Source of the DNA: Trichoplax sp. H2
Lineage: Eukaryota
Assembly (NCBI GenBank): GCA_003344405.1
Contig: NOWV01000165.1
Location: forward strand, 62,001 to 126,000
DNA: 64,000 bases
Direction of reading: 5' to 3'
Shown here: piece after piece, positions 38,701-50,700 of the stretch
How the letters are laid out: each line of letters begins with the position of its first letter
Position numbering within the stretch: position 1 is the stretch's first letter
Made by a program: the position numbers and the translations under genes
The notes under the pieces: generated by a model
The model's input: the letters and a program-made list of their open reading frames with translations, nothing else
Told to the model about the DNA's origin: nothing
The model's database searches: none

Positions 38701-40702
38701 TCCATTGGTAGCATTGCCATCCAGATGTCAATTCTCGAATTAGTCATGTTTCTAAGAAAGTAAATTAAGAGCCTTTTTTCTGGCAACATTTCGAGTATAA
38801 ATTGTATTTGATATACCGGATTAGTATTATAACTCGTCAATAATGTGAAAATTCATTTACAAATGTAGTTAGAATTTAAAATAGTACCGTATTAGAATAA
38901 ATCATAAATTTCGGTATTTAATTATATCGGTAAATAGTGAATTGACATTTATCGCGTAATTGAAGTAGCAAATGTTCATTAATAGGCTACCAGTCATTGG
39001 AAAGTATGTACTGATGATACGAGCTATGATTGAAACCATTTTAAAGGTATGCTCATATGCAATCGCAGCTAAGATAGCATCAATCATCGTAATATAATTT
39101 TTATAATATTAATTTAGAACGGTTTAGTTATTTAGCGTTTTACGAATTGTCAATCTGAAATGTCCACAGCTCATCACTAAAGTATTAGCCATTTTCAATT
39201 AGGTACTCATTATTGTACTTATATTGGTGTTTGGCTTTGCTGTCAGCTTTAATATGCTATGTAATAATCAGGTTTGTATATTAGTTATGTAGGATTCCAA
39301 TTTTAATATACAGACGTACGGTCTACTTGTATTGAATCAACCTTTGTCACCAATACCGCAATTATAATTAAAATAATGATTTAAACGTCAGTATAAGCTA
39401 TAATTTTCCTCTAAATAATCATTTATTAATACTCTAAGTTTCTAATAATACCAGGCAGCATTCTACAACTTGCCTCTATCGTTTATTAAAGTTATTGATA
39501 TGATGATCGGCGAGATCGACTATAACGATCTCTTCCTAGATGGCATCAAGCGCGGAATAATCCCTTTCCCAGCTGGCGTGGTGGCATTAATTCTATTAAT
39601 GATTTTCATCTTGATGATGCCGATATTAATCATGAATTTGATGGTAGCACTATTCAAAATACTTTATATTAATGAACGCAATAAGTGAATTAGGATAATT
39701 TTCGTCTTATTTATACACAGATTGGTTTAGCTGTAGGAGACATCGCAGAAATGGAAAAGCAAGCTTCACGACGTCGATTAGTAGATTTGGTTTATTTTTT
39801 TACCGGCATCGAAAAAAGTTTGCCCAAATATTTACGTAGAAGCTGTAAATTGATCAAGTTTGCTTGTACTGAAAAGGGAGATATAGAGGTATCATATAAT
39901 CTTTCATTCTAGCAGTTACTAGCCTAAGGCATAAAGTCATTCTGTTGATCTCTGACACTAATTTCTACATATACTGGTTGTAACGTTTTCCAAACTCTTC
40001 TACTTTGTAATAAGGAAGATTTGATAGAAATCTCCAGACGAGTCCAGTAGAGCTAGAGTATAGAACTAAATTTTGTTGTCCTTACTACATTGTTATACAG
40101 TCGAACAAAGCATAACAGTTTACTAACGGCATATTGCAAATATCAATAAATGCGATAACATTCTTAAAAATAAAATAACAGCCGATAATTAATTCATGAT
40201 AAATGATAATATATCAGAAACGTATTCAGGCAACTATTTTACCTATAACTTCTTCTAGAAGTTACATACTACAGATTTTATACCTAAGTGATTGTGTTAC
40301 TGTAGTCAAACAGAATAAGTGAAAGTTGGAATGAGCTTATAATATAGAAACTATGTCGACATGACTAACGAAAATCTTATTTCGTAACACTGGCACAGAA
40401 ATTGCAATTATAGAATATTATAAATAACTCTTACTGTTACTTTACTCGTATAATCTAAATAGGTCAATAAATTAGATGCAAACGAAGTTAGGCAGCAAAA
40501 ATACTATGAAGATATTAAGGAACAGATAGGAAAAATCGAGCGTATACTATTACAGCAGCAATTAAGGTTTATTGAAAGCAACATAGATTATCGCATTAAC
40601 TGTTACACTCATATCTTTATATCAACTTCATTTTTTAAACATTGCAGGCTAGAATCTCTCGAATCTGAATTACATTCTGTAAAAGCATCTGAATCTCCAT
40701 AA
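29702..40702 (+). CDS. TRPA1-like: Gene D: complete TRPA1-like channel, 26 exons; recent duplicate of gene C; two GC-AG introns
   Basis: Exons 29702-29788, 30230-30392, 30552-30727, 31314-31421, 31526-31732, 32466-32513, 33246-33419, 33707-33907 (GC donor), 34021-34104, 34202-34284, 34542-34703 (GC donor), 34856-34967, 35227-35396, 36330-36414, 36583-36648, 36916-37008, 37671-37741, 37892-38132, 38367-38468, 38599-38759, 38986-39046, 39203-39271, 39455-39643, 39721-39888, 40463-40566, 40648-40702 (TAA). Exon lengths equal those of gene C except the last, and introns are alignable to gene C. Confidence 0.9.
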
Positions 40703-41732
40703 TTAAATGAAGAAAACCATTTTAATCAGTATAAGCACTGACAGTTCTATGGTATATTAATCATAGTATGCTATGTTAGTATAGATATACCCATAGAAAT
40801 TTAGAATTTGCTTCGTATCTAAGCATGCTTTAGAAAAATAATATGAATTACTTGCATTGCGTATGATTAAGGAATATAATTTAAATGTTATGCATGCTAT
40901 GAGAATTATTTATATAACAACCTGAATTCATATCAGCTACTTACAAAAGATATTGTATATCATGAAATTATCTAATTAATACGTAGAAAACAAATATTTC
41001 CTTTATCGATAATTTTTCTTCAATGTTTATGTATTGTTCCGTTAGGTGAACCAAGTAATATGTTCAATTTTCTCAGTACTTAGAGAAAACGGCTTATTTA
41101 CAGTCTGATCCAACAGAATCAGTTGATTAGCGGGTTCTAGAGCAGTTAGCACAATTCTAGTACATCAATCATGATGGCAATTTTAAGATTCTTACGTGCA
41201 ACAAGGTTGACTATATCTTACTCTATTCGATATTTATACCTCACAATAAAGTTAGAGTAGTTAAGATAAAAGTCTGCTTTATTATAGCTTATAAGAATAT
41301 AGGTTCATATGAGCTAGATATAATAAAAAAATGGTACCTCGATATTTATAACGTCTGACCACTTGTAGGTATCGGATTTATATACTTGAGCAACCAGATA
41401 ATCTGCTACCTGCTAACGACCATGATCATAACTCTCATTCTCAAGGGCACTAAAGTGATGGAAAGGATCTAAATTTTTATGTACATTTTCATGATTTTAA
41501 CGATTTAAAATTCAGGAAATATAGTATATTAATAAAAGCTCATTATGATCGCAGTTGATCATAAAAGCTGTGAATTTATCATTAGCTAGAAATAATTAAG
41601 ACCATATTGTCGTTATTATAAACATCTTTGTCATCTACCATCTGCTACCTTCTGTGAGAAGGTAATTTTACTTCTCTATAGCAATATAATAATGGAAACA
41701 GCGTTTTTATCTTACAGTATTTAATAGCAGAA

Positions 41733-44700
41733 ATGGAACCCTATTCAAAAAATTCGGGAATGCTGCGATCTACATCATTATTAAATAAAACCAAAGCTCC
41801 TTCTTCCTACTATAGCCTACAAGTAAGATATGTTACATACTGCTTATAAAAGCTAGCTATCAAATAGTCATTTTTAATACATCATAAAAATACCTGTCAG
41901 CCATTAGCTCGTCCACTATAGAAGAAATAAAGCTAAGTGTTTGCAATATCAGCCACTGTCAAACCTTATACGTTAAACATGTTAAATTTAGACACCTACA
42001 ACCGGCGATCTGCTATTCTTACGGCATGGTATCCCTGATCAAACTATCACGTATTTAATAAATGAACTAAATTCGGATCAGCTATCCCTTTTACATTATG
42101 CAGCGAAAAACGACAATGTCGAGATTATAGAATCTTTAATTGGACGAGGAGCCGGCAAGTTTATTTTCTTAGACCGTACATCATGAAATATCATTATTAT
42201 GTCAAACATTAACGTCAATTTATACATTCTTCTACTTTATTTACTGAACCTGTAAATCGAAAACCATCAAATTGACTAATTTATTTTATCGGATCAATTT
42301 TAGATATTGATATAACTGGCTTAGACAATGCAACACCATTACATTTGGGCGCCAAGTACAATAAGTTGTTGGCTGTTCAAACACTTCTAGGTTACGATGC
42401 TAATGTTCAAGCTCAAGATATCAATTTGAATACTCCATTACATTATGCTGCTATGGCTGGTCACTTAAAAATATGTGAGGCAAGTATATTCAGCTGGTAG
42501 TATCGTCAATAAGGACTCTGCTTCACTCTGTAGATATTCATATACTATTACACAGTGTATAATTTAAACTACTTTTAATTAGTAAACGTTTCGATTTTAA
42601 ATCCATTCATATGAGTATTTACACATGAACGTCAATACTAGTACAAGTCCTTAATGAATAATTCATAGCAACTTTTAAATAAGTAACTATTTAATTAGTG
42701 ATCGTTTCAATTTTGGAGCTTTTCATATGAGTAATTTACTCATTAAAGACTAAAAAGCTTTGATGGCCAACTAACTTTTTACCAGCGGTAGTTTCAATTT
42801 TGAAGCTTTCCACGATAGTATTTACGCACTACGAACAATATTAGTATAAAGAATTGACGACTAATTCATAAGTATTTTTAATTAGGAAGTTATTAGCAAA
42901 AAGCATTGATGACTAATTCATAATTATTTTTAATTTGTGACTGTTTCAATTTTGAAAGCTTCCTCATAAGAGCATTTAAATATTAAGGATAACATTTGCA
43001 CTAAGTAGTGACAACTAATTCATAACCATTTACAATTAGTGATTGTTTCAGTTTTGAGCATTTACACTTTAGGAGAATTATAGATGACCAACTCATAATT
43101 GTTTTTAATCAGTGACCGTTTCAATTTTGAAGCTTTCCATGAGTGCATTTACATATTAAGGATATTATTTGTACAGAGCAGTAATGACATTACAGCTGTT
43201 TCAAAGCTATAGACTTAATTCATGATATGTACAAGTGATGACTACTTAAAAACCATACAGTATTCACTAGAATATAACCCCATTTAGTCTTACCAATCAT
43301 AGAACATGGCGTGCAACAACTTACCAGCTCAAGAGACATTATAACAAATTGGAAGCAAAAGTATATCGTAGCCAAACCTTAATATTTAACTAGAATTGTT
43401 GTCATTACCTTACATTTAAAACTAAGTGTACAAGCTACAATCTTTATCATAAACAAGAAAAGTATGGTCTTACTTGCGTATTGACTATTGCTATATGTGC
43501 TTACAGGCATTAATCAATAGACGACCGTTTATGTTGGACGAACAAAATAAAGATAAAATGACGCCCCTGCTTCTTGCCTGTCATTATGATAGAGATTGTA
43601 TTTGCAAATATTTAGTACGTTGATTATTTTGTTCGATTATTTTATGGTAATTAAATGCCATACTGTCACCGATACGATGTATAGCTCGAAACCATTATAT
43701 TTTACTACCACAAATTCGAAGCATCAGTACCACTGACGGTCATTTATCCTACAGATCGATCGAGGTGCAGATATTACGGCAAGAACTACAGATGGCAGTT
43801 TACCTATTCACATTGCAGCCAGTAAAGGCAACACAGATTTAATGGAATTCCTATTAACTAGCAGAGAGGACAAATTTATTAACGGCGAAGAACAAATCGC
43901 TAGTTGCAATTATAGCGGAGCCTCAGTTCTACATCGTGCAGTACAGTGCGGACAAGAAAAGGTATCATATACTAGTAAACTACTTTTACGATTAGCTGCT
44001 CAGTGGAGCATACCTAACTGCTACCTAGACCATATCTAGGTGTAACTGTAATGGTACGCTTAAAAGAGTTAGATTTAACTCGAGGGAATAAAATTAAATT
44101 TCACTATTAATTAATGATGGATGGACGCATATTGCCACTGAAGATACTTTTGTATATTTTAGGCAATTAAATTCTGTTTAGACAAAGTTACGGATATTTC
44201 TATTCAAGACGTAAGTTACGCCTGTAAGATTATTATTTAACACATATCAGTAAACAATTGTATACGATATTCAATTTATTTAATACATCCGACTATTTAT
44301 TCCTCATCCCTATTAAAAAAAGATCGATATATACTCATATCGGGTTATTCTGAACTGTAACTTTGAAATACATTCCCTACTGATTTCCTACATAGTAGCT
44401 GCTATATCTTCAGTACTTCTCTATGTTATAATAAATAATTCGTAAACTTAATTCATATAAGATCGACTAATATATTAATTAAAAATTTTAATCAAGTTAC
44501 ATATTGAAATGATTCCATAATTGTAGCATGTTCAATTATCCATATTTCGTTATTGTATAAAGTAATATTGAAAGAAGAAAAACTGAGTTAAATTAAACTA
44601 CCAATAATTGAAGTACAAAAAATAAACTAGGGGCAAAATAACAGTTTATAATAACTTTAGCAATAATCTTAGCAAAATTCCTAAACGAGTGACAAAATAT

Positions 44701-47700
44701 AGGCAGAACTACTGGCTTAACCAACCAAACTATTAATTAATGAGATAACTGACGATTATCCTAGACTTTACACGTCTTTTTCTATCTTCAACTGCACTAA
44801 ACTAATGAACTACGCCAACTTCCATATGCTAGGCAGAGCAGTTGGTTGTATTGCACTATCCAGCTATTATTCTAAAGTATTCCAAATTAAACTAGCAATC
44901 AAACACATACAATGAAGATAAATTGTGCCCTAGATTCCCGAAATTACTAAATTAATATAATCGTAGTTTAGTATAAAATTGTACATTTCTATAGTTTCTT
45001 TAAGACAGAGAAACAATCTTATATTGGATCCAAGATCGGATACTCGGCTTCATACAGTATGAAATCATAAAGTGACATAAACATCTACTGTAATTAATGA
45101 TCAAAATTAGCTGCATATATTTTCTATTACAATCTTTGAATTGCAACCTCACAATATCTCATTTTTAACAAGAATTTAAGCTAATGATTATCTTAAATTC
45201 TAACCCGAATAAAGCAGTCGGGTTATAATATACTAAGATACTAAGTAAAATCTACTGTTATAATCAGCCAAGTCATATTTTTTAAGCTAGAATACTTATT
45301 ACGATATAAAAACTTGTCTAGCATAAATACAATACAAAAACTTGAAGGAGAATTCTAAAAATTGACCTTCATTACAGTACTCTATAATTTATTCTTCATC
45401 ATATATGTACAATATCGATTTCTACATCGATAATATATATGTATAGTATCATATTACAACAAAATAGCGGTAGGAGTAGTAGTAAGTACAGTAGAAGGCT
45501 AATATAAGCGTGAAAACGCTTTTATTTAGCTGAAGAGTGTGGTGTGGATGTGTGGCAAGTTAGCAAGATCATTCAACAGAAGAGAAAATAATATCAGAAA
45601 TATAGCATACCAGCAATTTTGATTAACACTTTCACTCCAAATCTTATTTAATATTATAGTTCATATTTACTGTTCCTATTGATAGTGTAGGAGTAATTTT
45701 AAATATGACCGTAGAATTAATGCTATTCCATGAACTTTAAAATAAAAAGCACCATTACTTGAGACTATACTGGCAATAGTCGTTTCTGTCACTGTGAATT
45801 CATACAAATTGTAATACTTTGCTGGCCAAGAATGAAGTATCTTTATTTTTCAATTTAGAAAAACGGATTAACTCCTTTGCATACAGCAGCCATTATTGGC
45901 GAAGACGCTATATGTCAGATTCTTTTACAGAAAAAGCCTGCTGTTGATGCGCAGGATAATTACGATCGTACGCCATTACATTATGCTGCATCATTAAATC
46001 ATTTGAAGATCGTTGACATGCTTCTCAGTGCTGTGAGTATTGTTCATTTATTACGATATTACATTCTCGTACATACATGTAGTGTAGAATGAAGAAATGA
46101 TTTACATTACAGTTAACAGATAGATGAGTTATAAATATCGAAAATTGCCGAACCTAAGGTGTAAAGGTTACAAATGAAAATGCAATTTTCATTTAATGTA
46201 AATATCCAAATTATCGTGATCTCTATATTAAATAATGAATTCGTAAGTTTTTTACTCACTTTTTGTCGTAATAATCGAAACTTCACTTTCCTGTAAACTA
46301 CATTTATACGCTCATATGTCTCAGCTACTCTTCAAATCTAGGTTAAAATAAGGCTATAATGTGGAATTTTCTACAGAGATACTAAAATTCTGTTTGGACA
46401 TAAATAATATTTACGTTATCATTAATCGCTGTCTATTATCAAAATTTTCTATAGGCAACTTATTACAGTGCAAGTTAATATGTAGTATTTCTTTATATCA
46501 TTACTTTGATATTTTTCCTTAGACTTGATTACTATCATAATGCCATTCTACATATGAAAGTTTTTTTCGAAATGCTAGTACATCAACACCACGTCAGTAT
46601 CGTAATAATATTCTACTATAGAGATGTCAATGCTTATTAATTTTTAAGAAAGAAATCTGTACACATATTCATTCGGCGATTATGTCACACAGTAAAATTA
46701 TGAAATCTCTGCATTCATTGCCAATTATTGTATGAAAATAAGTATTGATAAATCGATATTCAAAGTTACATGGGATTTTTATGCCTTAATAGGGTGCGAA
46801 CATCGATGGGAGAGATTACAATCAATTGACACCTTTCCTATGTGCTGTTATTCTTAATCATTTTTCAACAGTCCAATTACTGATCGACCACAATTGTCAA
46901 GTTGACGTCGTTGATAAGTCAGGCAAAAATTGCTATCATCTTGCCGTTATGTACGACCAAGATTTAAGTTTATTAAAATATATTCTAAGGGTAAATTTCA
47001 TTATAATTTAGGTGCTTACAAAATTATGTAAAAGTAAAATTGTATTAAAAGCTGATCAACTATTTTACTAGAATGTAGATCGTTCACTTATTAATGCTGT
47101 AGATGAGTATGAAAGAACAGCGACATTTTATGCTTGTAAAGCAGGAAAGACTAAGGTTATCTGTTCATTTCTAGTAATTAATTAAATAGCGTCGAAATAA
47201 TACATCAAATCTTAATTCACATTTCGAATAAATGAATTAAAGCTATAAATAAATCACTGATAATGCATGCTTACGAGTTTATTCCAATAGAGTCAATCAT
47301 TCATCAAGCAAGATGTTATAATTTTAATTCTAATTTAGAATTAGCTACTATTACATATTTAACTTTTATATTTAAATTTTATTTTTGAGTTAGGTCTTGC
47401 AGTTATTATTAGACTATGATCTAGATTTAAATGTCATTGATGAAGATGGCAATAACTGCTTACATTTTGCTTGCAAGTAAGTCCTATATCAAAGGAAACG
47501 GGATTGCACTTTTATTAAAATCATGTGGCTCATTTTAAATATATCATCTAGCAATAACTAATTATTTGAAAATATAGTCCATCTGTAATATAAACATTTT
47601 AACGAGTTATATATTTTATCTTACGAAGTAATTTGATATGTGTTCTTGGTTGTGATCTCTAGATATTAAGTCATAATTATATAGTTAAGTCCGTAACACA

Positions 47701-50700
47701 AACACTGAGCCAGGGATAAATTTTATCATATGAAGTAATTTAAATAAAAAAATTGCAGTTGTGATCTCCAGATGTTAATTCAGCACTCGTTGTTTGTTAA
47801 AACTACTCTTGTGAAAAAGTGTAGATAATATACTACCTACGGTAACTTACATCTTCAAAGTGATTAAATCCAGCTCCGAGTGTACATCGGATAGCACAAC
47901 ACGTAGCATACTTTTCATTGGTAGTTTTAAATATACATTAACAACACGGTCCAGCTATTCAATAAGGTGTCTAAATTAGCGACTAAACTTAGATACAACC
48001 CCACCTCAGCTACGTGTTCTTTTGAGCTCTTTATGTTCATACTACTAGATAAACAATGTCGCACTTTGATATTATAGTTACTAAGTTCAAAACAAGAAAT
48101 GCTATGTTAAACTATAACCGCAAAGCCTGCATATATATTTCCAGTAACTAATCAAAAACTTTCAGAAGACGTTCATAATCGAAATACTGAATTTTTTGTC
48201 ACTATAATATCAAAATTCGAAAAGCACTTATGGCATTATTTATGTACACTACTTCAACCGTATCTATATGCAAGGGATTACTGCAATATTTAATGACTAC
48301 CATATCATAATATTTTTGTCTAGGGAAGAGTGTGTTGATACACTGAAGATTCTACTTCAGTATTCACCTCAATTACTATGCAGTGAGGGAGAAAATTGTT
48401 GTAGTCCATTACATATCGCCGTTGCCTATGGTTGCATCGATAATGCTGAATTTTTATTAGCACAAGGAGCTGATATCAATCGGAGGTGATTGATAACTTT
48501 TCGAAATCAATAAGAAAAATTAACCAATTTTTACACCGTTATTTATGTAGCAGTAAAAGAATAATAGTTTCTTGCTGATTTATGCGCAACGTTAGAGATT
48601 GCTGCTATGAAGCACCATTAGATATTGCTTGCATAAAAGGCAATACTCAAGTCATTCAGATACTGATCGGTTACGGAGTTGCAGTTAATTCTATCAATCG
48701 ATTGGAGGTAGCATATAAATTACGGATGTAATATTAAATTAACATTAACATACTTTGGCCTAGAAACTCTACTTCTTATGCGCTACATATTCCATAATTC
48801 TTGCTCTCTTACTTTTAAAAAGCTTCTAAATATTATCATGTAGGAATCAGCGCTTCATATAGCCGCTCATCATGGCCAAGCCGAGATAGTTAAATTACTA
48901 ATGGATCATGGAGCTGATGCCAAGATTGAAAACTGCTGTGGTAAAAATTGTTTGGAGGTAGCCATTGAAAATGGTCAAGTCGATGTAGCTATCGAAATTG
49001 CAATAAGGCCTTGGTAAAAAATAGAGCTGTAAAAGTAACTCTAAAATTCTAAACTCGTAGCGTAGTTGTTTGCGAAGCTTTCCGATATTCGAAGTAGATT
49101 TTGTACGGTCTAAATTCAAACGATAATCAAATCGACTTCTGTTAAGTGTAATAGTTCTACTCAATATTACTGGAAGTTACTTCTACAAGTTCATAATATT
49201 TCTTTATATTAGATTACACTGAATGCTGTAATAAGTGGAAAATTTAGCTTACATACTAATTATTTCCGATATATTTGAGCGTGGGTATGGCAAATTTTGT
49301 TAGTTATTCATTATAAATTCCAAGCTACTGTAACATGAATACGTGAAAATCTGCAGTTAAAATACACATATAATCCCTAGAAGACTATAATCATAGACTA
49401 AAATAAGATATCATATTTATTATCACCTCCTAATTAGATTATCAGCATTAAAGCAGAAAAACCTAGCTCAGAGACTACGCTAATCATTTCCTTAACACAA
49501 CTACTTACACAGATGCTAAAATATTTATTATATATTCTTGAATATTGATTTATTTATAGTAATCATGATATGCTATTTAAAGTTGGAGATGATGGATCCA
49601 CGATAATGCAATCCATTGTAAAATGGAATTCTAAAGTTGCTTCGGTTAGTATTATTTATCTACCGTTACAAACATTCAGCATAGTTAAGAGCTAAAATGT
49701 GATTACTTTATTTGGTCATGGAGCTGAACCTAGCGAGCTTAATAACTTCTATTGCAGAAGAAGAAATATTTCTTTTATCAACACATTATAACAAATTCAA
49801 GAAATCTAGATTTATGATCGCTAATCATCTATAATTCCTTTTGTAAAGGCAATTATGGATACATATATAACGAAAACTCCACTAACAGAGAATCATAATT
49901 CAAATATGGTTATGGTAAATTTTTTATAGCCGTAATAGAAAAAATTAGTACGATACCGTAAATGCCCAAAGTGTGAGAAGTAAGAATCAGCATTGCAATA
50001 ATTCTAAAATTTGAATAGTGCTCAATACAACATCTATTAGAGTTATTATACTCTCACATGTCCATTATAAAGATATTAAATATGATCACTTAAGTATAAA
50101 ATTGTGATAAGAAATCTAAAATTGCCATTATTACTACAGGTAGAGTACGATTTCTCAATACTAGATCCAGGTATTGAGTTTGAAAAAAATCACAACCCTA
50201 CAGATGGAATCGGTAGTTTCAATGCTATAAAGGTAAAAAATTAGAGTATTGGAGTTTTTATGTTATAATTAGTTGCTGTCTTCTGTTGAATCTATATAGA
50301 AGTGATTAGATATAAATGTTAGCGTCCATATCTTATTATAAACAACGCGAAATGAAATTTAATATTTTAATTATGATTTAAATTTGTTTTATTATAATAA
50401 TAGATCACTGATATACAGCTTGAATACAAGTGTAATACGTTATATGTTATTCTACTTTCTATTTCATTAGACAATTGCATCATCAGATAATATTAGCCTA
50501 CTTGAACATCCATTGTCTGTCAAATTATTAGATACAAAATGGTAAGATGATATTACTACAAATTAATTTAATGATTCCCTAAATTATCTGCTGCTCAATC
50601 CGTGCCCATCAGATTAATTCCCTTACTTGTATCATCATCAGGTTAGAGTGCGGCCGCTACATCTACTCCGCTAACTTAGCTGTCTATACAATTTATGTTA

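Noticed and set aside
42570-43190. CRISPR-like array (recurring GTTTCAAT... motif)
   Set aside because: Units are degenerate with irregular spacing, the intervening sequences are similar to each other, there are no cas genes, and it lies in a eukaryotic intron.
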